NCBI GenBank assembly: GCA_038061595.1
Contig: JBBTYZ010000006.1
Location: 1 to 39,484, forward strand
Direction: 5' to 3'
Origin: Patescibacteria group bacterium
Lineage (GTDB): Bacteria > Patescibacteriota > Minisyncoccia > UBA6257 > GWB1-50-10
Length of the DNA stretch: 39,484 bases
A model generated the notes under the pieces. The model saw only the letters and a list, made by a program, of their open reading frames with translations. It searched no databases and was not told the DNA's origin. Of the stretch, positions 33,285 to 39,484 are shown in pieces (position 1 is the first letter of the stretch; every line of letters starts with the position of its first letter). The position numbers and the translations under genes were made by a program.

Positions 33285-34327
33285 TGGATACCAACTCGGT
33301 AATAATTTTAACAGTTGTAATTCTTGGTTTCGGATTTATTTTTTGGTTTCTAAAAAGTAAGTTACAAGCACCGAAAGAAGATAGTCAAGCATTACTAATG
33401 CTTCAGAACCAATTAAATGAAGTCACAAGAACCCTTAATAGTCGTCTGGGCGAATCAACAGATCTTATGCAGCGGCACAGTCAATCTACTATTAAGATTA
33501 CCCAAACTCTGACAGAAAAATTAACTCGGCTTGAGGAGACTAATAAGCAGGTGGTTAATTTTGCGGATCAACTTCAGAGCCTTCAAGATATTTTGAAGAA
33601 TCCCAAACAAAGGGGTATTTTGGGCGAATATTATCTGGAGACGGTTTTGAAAAATGTGCTACCACCTGGTTCATACAAGATGCAATATGCTTTTAATGAC
33701 GGTGTGATTGTTGATGCCGTGGTATTGATTGATAAGCGTATTATTCCTATCGATTCTAAGTTTAGTTTGGAAAATTATAACCGTATTTTGGAAGCTAGGG
33801 ATCCCGCAGAGAAGAAGAAATATGAAGCAGCCCTTGTAGCGGATATCAAAAATCGGATTGATGAAACTTCCAAATATGTTAAACCAGCCGAAAACACTAT
33901 GGATTTCGCTTTCATGTTTATTCCTTCTGAAGCGGTTTATTATGACCTCCTTATAAACAAAGTTGGTTCAGTGGGAGACGATACGAGAAATTTAATACAT
34001 TACGCCGGACAGAAAAAAGTTATTGTGGTTTCACCCACATCGTTTCTGGCCTATCTTCAAACAGTTTTGCAGGGTCTCCGTAATCAAAAAATATCCGAAC
34101 AGGCTAAAGATATCGTGAAGCAGGTGGAAAATCTCAGTCGGCATCTTTTGAGCTATGAAGATTATGTACAAAAACTCGGCAAAAATTTAGGGACAACCGT
34201 GAGCATGTATAACAATGCTTATAAAGAATTCGGCAAGATAGATAAAGACGTTTTGAAAATTACTGGAGAGGCGATGGAGATTGAACCTCTTAGCGTGGAA
34301 GGACCCGTGAAAGATGATGAAAGTTGA
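33284..34327 (+). CDS. rmuC: DNA recombination protein RmuC
   Basis: 347 aa. N-terminal TM, coiled coil, C-terminal nuclease-like region (IPIDSKF.., FMFIPSEAVY). Confidence 0.8.
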   Translation: MDTNSVIILTVVILGFGFIFWFLKSKLQAPKEDSQALLMLQNQLNEVTRTLNSRLGESTDLMQRHSQSTIKITQTLTEKLTRLEETNKQVVNFADQLQSLQDILKNPKQRGILGEYYLETVLKNVLPPGSYKMQYAFNDGVIVDAVVLIDKRIIPIDSKFSLENYNRILEARDPAEKKKYEAALVADIKNRIDETSKYVKPAENTMDFAFMFIPSEAVYYDLLINKVGSVGDDTRNLIHYAGQKKVIVVSPTSFLAYLQTVLQGLRNQKISEQAKDIVKQVENLSRHLLSYEDYVQKLGKNLGTTVSMYNNAYKEFGKIDKDVLKITGEAMEIEPLSVEGPVKDDES

Positions 34328-35186
34328 GGAAAAAATACGGAAGCTTTTATCTTTTTATTCGGTATTAGGTCGGCCGCTTACTTTTTTGGAGATAGCGCGG
34401 CTTTTACCCGAGTTAAGAAAAACCGACATTTTGGAGGGACTTAATGGACTTGTCGCGACAGGTTATTCGAAAGAAGATGGCGGGTTCTGGGGCGTTAATA
34501 CTAATACAAACCTAAGGAAGCAAACCGACTTCCTTTTAGATCAGAAGTGGAACAAATTCCTAAAATATAAAAAGATTTTTGGATTCATACCTTTTATTGA
34601 TTTTGTTTTTGGGACGGGTTCTATGGCCTTGGGGAACGTCCACCCTGATTCCGATTTCGACGTTTTAATAGGAGCGAGGCAGGACAGAATTTTTACAACA
34701 AGAATTTTTACTATTCTTGCTCTAAATATTTTTGGAATTAGACGCAAAAGAATAGACCATAAGAAATCGGCTAAAAATAAGATATGTTTGAATCATTTTG
34801 TTACGCCAGCAAGTTATAAGTTAAAAGAACCATACAATATTTATTGGAAAGAACTTTATAAAAACATTGTTCCTGTTTTTGGCAATCGGGATAAAGTCCA
34901 GGAATTCTTGGATTCCAATAAGTGGGCAGGGGATTTGAATCTTATAAACGATGAACGTCTTAGTGGTACGAAATCGATCGTTGCTAAGTTATTTGAATTT
35001 GTATTGGGCGGTTTTATGGGTGGTATAATTGAATCGTTTTTGGGAAGATTGCAGATTAGTAAAATAAATAAACATCTTGAGGGAAGTTTGGGTTATAAGC
35101 CGAGGGTTATTTTTGACGAGAATGAGTTGGAATTTCATTTGGATACGAAAAGAATTGAAACTATGTTATCCAAATCCGGAGAATAA
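34314..35186 (+). CDS. Nucleotidyltransferase-fold protein with N-terminal winged-helix-like region
   Basis: 290 aa. GSMALGNVHPDSDFDV (G-S..D-x-D pol-beta-type NTase signature). Overlaps rmuC by 14 nt. Confidence 0.55.
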   Translation: MMKVEEKIRKLLSFYSVLGRPLTFLEIARLLPELRKTDILEGLNGLVATGYSKEDGGFWGVNTNTNLRKQTDFLLDQKWNKFLKYKKIFGFIPFIDFVFGTGSMALGNVHPDSDFDVLIGARQDRIFTTRIFTILALNIFGIRRKRIDHKKSAKNKICLNHFVTPASYKLKEPYNIYWKELYKNIVPVFGNRDKVQEFLDSNKWAGDLNLINDERLSGTKSIVAKLFEFVLGGFMGGIIESFLGRLQISKINKHLEGSLGYKPRVIFDENELEFHLDTKRIETMLSKSGE

Positions 35187-35243
35187 TAATTAGTATATAA
35201 TTATTTTAGTCAGCCTAAGACAATCTCGTCATGGGGAGCGTGA

Positions 35244-35588
35244 ATGAAACCTGACTTCGTTCCAGAGGATGTTGTTTTGAGGGCCTTGAAAATATTAGAA
35301 GATAAAAACATAATCGCGCATTTTTTTCAGGCGGAAAAGAATGGCCAGATTGATAGGGATGGGATTGATTTTTTAATTTTCCTCGAGAACGGTTTATGTT
35401 TGCCTCTTCAGGTAAAAAGAGGCAAAAAAGCGCTTGCGAGTCATTTCCGAAAACATCCCCATGTGAAATTTGTAATTATTGTTTCAAGGGATAGGCCTGA
35501 GCGAATAGCTAATAGTATTCGGCGAATGATATGCAAAATCCCTGAACTTAAGAAGCCGTTGGGTCGTATTTTAATGAGAAACACTTGA
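35244..35588 (+). CDS. Hypothetical protein, possible PD-(D/E)xK-like fold
   Basis: 114 aa. RBS ggggag. DGIDFLIF...LPLQVK resembles a D..(E/Q)xK nuclease core; this assignment is weak. Confidence 0.45.
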   Translation: MKPDFVPEDVVLRALKILEDKNIIAHFFQAEKNGQIDRDGIDFLIFLENGLCLPLQVKRGKKALASHFRKHPHVKFVIIVSRDRPERIANSIRRMICKIPELKKPLGRILMRNT

Positions 35589-35618
35589 CTTTAAGGCGTG
35601 ATCTGTTATACTACCGAT

Positions 35619-35704
35619 TGGTGAGTGTGAGTATTCCTTTACGATGATATCGGCAAAGGAATGCCTCTCTGGTCCACCCCGATTTCCGGGGTGGTTTTCG
35701 TTTT
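35619..35704 (+). ncRNA. Candidate small RNA A (promoter and terminator bounded)
   Basis: Promoter TTGACT 35585-90, 16 nt, TGt-TATACT 35607-12. Hairpin attccttt..aaaggaat 35633-62. Terminator ccacccc/ggggtgg 35674-94 plus ttttcgtttt. Confidence 0.4.
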
Positions 35705-35752
35705 ATAAGGATCAATCTTGCTATATAACAACTCGTATTTTATTCTATTATT

Positions 35753-35897
35753 GGGCGGATGGATCGAGCACTCACTAATTTAAAAAAATTGGAGGTCACC
35801 ACTATCCGCCCTCGCGTGAGACCGAGTGCTTAACTTTGTCTCGCGCGAGGAGACTTAATAAATAACGCCAATATTTGTGGCGTTATTTATTTTTTTT
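35753..35897 (+). ncRNA. Candidate small RNA B (structured, promoter and terminator bounded)
   Basis: Promoter TTGCTA 35718-23, 17 nt, TATTCT 35741-46. P1 gggcggat/atccgccc. P2 is a 12-bp ctcgcgtgagac/gtctcgcgcgag stem. The P2 loop gagtgct is complementary to agcactc in the P1 loop. 14-bp terminator stem plus T8. Confidence 0.4.
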
Positions 35898-36076
35898 GTA
35901 AACCGGGGGTTGGAATATTTTTACATTAAATAAATCCTGACGAGTTATCCACATATTTTTTAAAAACTAAATTATTTTTATGATATAATTAAAATTAATT
36001 AATGATCATTGAAAGTACTACTGAGATACTTTACGAGGGCGGTCGATAACCTCGTCCAGAGAGATATTTTTACTTA

Positions 36077-36154
36077 ATGAAGAAAAGAAAGAAAACAGGT
36101 AAAAAGGTAACTAGGAAGCCTAAAAGAAAGGCAGCCAAAAAACGAAAGAGATAA
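36077..36154 (+). CDS. Candidate 25-aa highly basic peptide (MKKRKKTGKKVTRKPKRKAAKKRKR)
   Basis: ATG..TAA ORF in its own unit. Extended -10 TGaTATAAT at 35981-89, ~80 nt leader with hairpin acgagg/cctcgt, strong terminator downstream. No clear SD. Confidence 0.35.
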   Translation: MKKRKKTGKKVTRKPKRKAAKKRKR

Positions 36155-36170
36155 CCCTCTTCTACCTTTT

Positions 36171-36200
36171 CCCCCGCCACTAGGGCGGGGGTCGTTTTTT
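36171..36200 (+). terminator. Intrinsic terminator
   Basis: cccccgcc acta ggcggggg followed by tcgtttttt. Confidence 0.8.
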
Positions 36201-36205
36201 ATCTA

Positions 36206-36234
36206 TTGAGAATTAACGCGAGCTAACCTATAAT
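36206..36234 (+). promoter_or_regulatory. secA promoter (TTGAGA-17-TATAAT)
   Basis: -35 at 36206-36211, -10 at 36229-36234. Confidence 0.6.
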
Positions 36235-36287
36235 ACTTGTGATTATTACCAATAATTTATCGGAAAGTTTAGCCGAATTTAAAAATT

Positions 36288-38777
36288 ATGTTTAACACCC
36301 TTAAGAAAATTTTCAAGGGAAATGCAACTTCATCCTTCCAATCTGTTGTCAATGAAATAAATAATCTTGAGTCAGATATACGTAATTTATCGGACGAGGA
36401 TTTGAAGAGAGAGAGCGCTGCTTTAAAAAATTCACTTGGCGAACAGGTTTCTCTGGACAATATTTTGCCCAGGGCATTCGCTTTGGTGCGAGAAGCCTCC
36501 AGGCGAACTTTGGGCCAGCGACACTTTGATTCACAGATTATAGGTGGTATCGTTTTGCATAAAGGAAGAATCGCTGAAATGATGACCGGGGAAGGAAAAA
36601 CTCTTTCAGCTACAACTGCGGCTTATTTGAACGCGCTTTCGGGGAAGGGGGTCCATGTCGTCACCGTAAACGATTATCTTGCCAGGCGTGATGCTTCCTG
36701 GATGGGTCAGATTTATAACGCTTTAGGACTCACGGTTTCGTGCATAGTCCATAATACGGCTTACAGGTACGACTCTTCGTTTGAGTCTGGGGGGCTTGAT
36801 AAGGAAAGAGATGAGTTGGGCAACTTTAAAGTTGTTGAAAATTTCTTGCGACCCATTTCAAGAAAAGATGCATATCTTGCGGATATCACTTATGGCACAA
36901 ATCATGAGTTTGGCTTTGATTTTCTGAGGGATAATTTAGCCCTGCGGCTTAATGATAAAGTTCAACGAGAGCACAACTACGTTATTATTGACGAAGTTGA
37001 TTCAATTTTAATTGATGAGGCGAGAACACCGCTTATTATTGCTTCTCCCGATCAAGAATCAAGTTCTTTTTATAAAGTGTTTGCAACCGTGTCTAAAAAC
37101 CTACAACCCGAAGAAGATTATTTAGTTGATGAGAAATTAAAATCTGTAAGTATCACTGATTCCGGGATTGAGAAAGTTGAGAAGATGCTTAAGATCACAA
37201 ATATATATTCTCCAGAATCTGCCCGTCTGGTTCATTTTTTACAAGAAAGCTTGAAGGCTAAAGCTCTTTTTAACCGCGACAAGGAGTATATAGTCAAAAA
37301 TGGCGAGATAATTATTGTTGATGAATTTACGGGTCGGTTGTTGCAGGGTAGGCGTTATTCAGGTGGGTTACACCAGGCAATTGAGGCAAAAGAAGGCGTA
37401 CAAGTTAAAGACGAGAACAGGACTTATGCTCAGATAACGATTCAAAACTATTTTCGTCTTTACAAGAAAATTTCTGGAATGACGGGCACTGCTCAAACCT
37501 CTGCTGAAGAATTTCACAAAGTTTATAATCTTGAGGTTGTGGTTGTTCCCACTAATCGTCCTATGGTAAGGCATGACGCGCCAGATGTCGTTTACAAGAA
37601 TAAAAAAGCAAAGTATCAAGCGATTGTAGAAGAGGTTAAAAAAAGGCATGAAAAAGGACAGCCGATTTTACTTGGAACCAGTTCTATAAGCAACAACGAA
37701 ATAATATCCGATTATTTGAAGCACGCAGGAATTGTGCATGAAGTTTTGAACGCGAAGAATAACGAGAAAGAAGGAGCGATTATAGCTCAAGCGGGCAGAT
37801 CTGGCGCAATAACCGTTGCTACAAATGTTGCAGGCCGGGGCGTGGACATTGTTTTGGGCGGGAATCCGGCGACAACAGAAGAGGCACGGAGAGTAGTTGA
37901 GTCTGGTGGTCTTCATGTTATTGGCACCGAGCGTCATGAAGCGCGGAGAATTGATAACCAATTAAGAGGCCGTTCGGGCAGGCAGGGCGATGCGGGTGGA
38001 ACTCAGTTTTTCTTATCGTTGGAAGATGATCTGTTGCGAATATTCGGAGGAGATAAGATAGGCAGGTTGATGGACTCATTTAATTTACCGGAAGATCTTC
38101 CGATTGAATCAAGGATGGTATCAAGCGCAGTAAACCAAGCTCAAGCGCGCGTTGAAGGCGCCAATTTGGATTTAAGAAAACACCTGCTTGAATTTGATGA
38201 TGTGCTGAATAAACAACGTACGGCTGTTTATAAAAGGAGGTTGAATTATCTTGAGTTGGGAGAGAAAAATGAAATCAGATCAATCTTGGAAGAAGCGCTC
38301 AAGCACTTTGTGGATGAGAATATAAAAAATATTGGATTAAATCCAGAAGTTGATCTCACGGACAGAGATAAGAAAGTAAGTGAACTGAACGACAAGTTGC
38401 AGGGAATACCGAAAGAATTTGAACGCGAAAGATCGGTCGCTGTTGCCGAACACATGGTGAGAATTTTAGATATGCTTTGGATAGGCAATTTGGAAAATTT
38501 GGAAGCTCTAAGAGAATCGGTAAACATCCGCGCTTATGGTCAGCACGAACCGCTCGTTGAATACAGAAAAGAAGCATTCAAGCTTTTTCAAGAACTTAGC
38601 TTTAACTTTGAATCAATGCTTTTTAATACGGTTTTTGAGGTCTTGGGAGCCGACATAGAAAAATTAAAAAATCCTGTTGTAGTTGTCCAAAAACCACGAG
38701 ATGTTAAGGAACCGGGCCGCAATGATCCCTGTTGGTGTGGGAGTGGGAAGAAGCACAAGAAGTGTCACGGTAAATAA
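36288..38777 (+). CDS. secA: Preprotein translocase ATPase SecA
   Basis: 829 aa. MMTGEGKTL Walker A, DEVDSILIDEARTPLII, C-terminal zinc motif CWCGSGKKHKKCH. Confidence 0.97.
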   Translation: MFNTLKKIFKGNATSSFQSVVNEINNLESDIRNLSDEDLKRESAALKNSLGEQVSLDNILPRAFALVREASRRTLGQRHFDSQIIGGIVLHKGRIAEMMTGEGKTLSATTAAYLNALSGKGVHVVTVNDYLARRDASWMGQIYNALGLTVSCIVHNTAYRYDSSFESGGLDKERDELGNFKVVENFLRPISRKDAYLADITYGTNHEFGFDFLRDNLALRLNDKVQREHNYVIIDEVDSILIDEARTPLIIASPDQESSSFYKVFATVSKNLQPEEDYLVDEKLKSVSITDSGIEKVEKMLKITNIYSPESARLVHFLQESLKAKALFNRDKEYIVKNGEIIIVDEFTGRLLQGRRYSGGLHQAIEAKEGVQVKDENRTYAQITIQNYFRLYKKISGMTGTAQTSAEEFHKVYNLEVVVVPTNRPMVRHDAPDVVYKNKKAKYQAIVEEVKKRHEKGQPILLGTSSISNNEIISDYLKHAGIVHEVLNAKNNEKEGAIIAQAGRSGAITVATNVAGRGVDIVLGGNPATTEEARRVVESGGLHVIGTERHEARRIDNQLRGRSGRQGDAGGTQFFLSLEDDLLRIFGGDKIGRLMDSFNLPEDLPIESRMVSSAVNQAQARVEGANLDLRKHLLEFDDVLNKQRTAVYKRRLNYLELGEKNEIRSILEEALKHFVDENIKNIGLNPEVDLTDRDKKVSELNDKLQGIPKEFERERSVAVAEHMVRILDMLWIGNLENLEALRESVNIRAYGQHEPLVEYRKEAFKLFQELSFNFESMLFNTVFEVLGADIEKLKNPVVVVQKPRDVKEPGRNDPCWCGSGKKHKKCHGK

Positions 38778-38778
38778 C

Positions 38779-38976
38779 ATGCGACCAATTTTCTGGGGAT
38801 TAATATTGTTCGCAATCGGGGCAGTGGGGTGGGTGATTTCCGTCGTCCTTGCTGTGGTTACTTTTGGTAAATTGAAAATTCTCGCCAATATTTTTGGCAT
38901 CGTTTTTGCCCTCAGTCTGCCTGCGTCATTGGTTTTGGAGCTCATAAGCTGGTTTAGGAAGAGGCGTAAAAAATAA
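38779..38976 (+). CDS. Hypothetical small membrane protein
   Basis: 65 aa from ATG 38779, two hydrophobic helices, basic tail. The ORF-track start 38683 overlaps the secA 3' end. Confidence 0.45.
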   Translation: MRPIFWGLILFAIGAVGWVISVVLAVVTFGKLKILANIFGIVFALSLPASLVLELISWFRKRRKK

Positions 38977-39006
38977 TCGGAGTTTTTATGCTAAAATTAG
39001 CTTAGG

Positions 39007-39484
39007 ATGACAACATCAGATTTTAAAAAGAGATTGTTCAAGGAGATTGGAACAGCTTTTGGGGTAATGTTAATTCTTGGTGGCATATTGTTGTTTTTTG
39101 GTTTTAGCATCAGTTCGTTATCGGTGAAAATCTCATCAATGCGGCAGGAGTTCGCTATGCGCTCCGCCTCCTTGGAGTCTATCGCAGCGCTTCGTTCCCA
39201 ATACAAATCTGCTCAAGGATATCTTGGCGTTTTACACAACGTTGTCCCTCAAAAAGACCAGCTGATAGATCTTTCTAAAGATATCCAAGAAGTTGCAAGA
39301 CGTGGAAAGCTTGAGTACGGATTTTCGTTCATCAACGAAACTCCCAGAACGGAAACTAATTTAGGATCCGTTAATTTCAGTCTCTCTTTGGTTGGAGATT
39401 TAACTAGTCTGATAAACTTTGTTAAAGACATGAGAAGTTTTAAATATATCAATAGTCTAGATTCTATTTCGGTGACCAAGGGTG
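39007..39484 (+). CDS. PilO-like type IV pilus assembly / bitopic membrane protein (partial, runs off the window)
   Basis: ATG 39007, open to the window end. Short N-terminus, one TM (GVMLILGGILLFFGF), coiled segment, then a beta-alpha region (VNFSLSLVGDLTSLINFVKDM). Not in the ORF track because no stop is reached. Confidence 0.45.
   Translation, partial: MTTSDFKKRLFKEIGTAFGVMLILGGILLFFGFSISSLSVKISSMRQEFAMRSASLESIAALRSQYKSAQGYLGVLHNVVPQKDQLIDLSKDIQEVARRGKLEYGFSFINETPRTETNLGSVNFSLSLVGDLTSLINFVKDMRSFKYINSLDSISVTKG

Noticed and set aside
35753-35811. Fluoride (crcB) or another known small riboswitch for candidate RNA B, because of the GGGCGGATGG start
   Set aside because: The rest of the crcB consensus (the CUGAUG and CCUAC-type elements) is absent, and no gene follows the terminator on the same transcript.
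1-39484. Alternative genetic code (UGA recoding, as in some CPR lineages)
   Set aside because: TGA closes conserved genes at their expected lengths (aspS at 4481-4483, rpsQ at 22375-22377, island-free ribosomal proteins). No conserved gene is interrupted by an in-frame TGA.
1-39484. CRISPR arrays, transposases, integrases, rRNA genes
   Set aside because: I found no regularly spaced direct repeats and no ORFs with recombinase or transposase motifs. The only exact or near-exact repeats seen are the island leader and terminator modules.

Overview
Low-GC chromosomal segment, roughly 35-40% GC in the lines I hand-counted, most likely from a reduced-genome bacterium of the Patescibacteria/CPR type. 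Supporting traits are the absence of rpmD (L30) between rpsE and rplO, compact aminoacyl-tRNA synthetases, weak Shine-Dalgarno usage, and DNA-uptake genes (comEC, dprA, a PilO-like gene). The standard genetic code applies, since TGA terminates conserved genes at normal lengths. The core is one long plus-strand str-S10-spc block running rpsL-rpsG-fusA-tuf-rpsJ-rplCDWB-rpsS-rplV-rpsC-rplP-rpmC-rpsQ-rplNXE-rpsN-rpsH-rplF-rplR-rpsE-rplO-secY, then adk-map. Flanking genes are comEC (split in two), aspS, ndk, an ECF sigma factor, ldcA, metG, an S41 protease, DoxX/VKOR, tRNA-Pro, rpmB, an M50 protease, topA, dprA, rmuC and secA. The most unusual feature is a ~1.27 kb GC-rich island (~55-62% GC, GC3-rich codons) at 27222-28488, exactly between secY and adk. 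It holds two tandem paralogous cassettes. Each has a consensus-like promoter, a ~95 nt conserved non-coding leader with two hairpins, a small N-terminally membrane-anchored protein of unknown family, and a near-identical strong terminator. A second region of interest is 35585-36200, which carries three promoter/terminator-bounded small transcription units; one encodes a 25-aa Lys/Arg-rich peptide. Other observations are a ~140 aa L3, a promoter plus attenuator-like terminator between rpsJ and rplC, and apparently leaderless aspS and rpmB. No CRISPR array, transposase, integrase or rRNA gene was seen.
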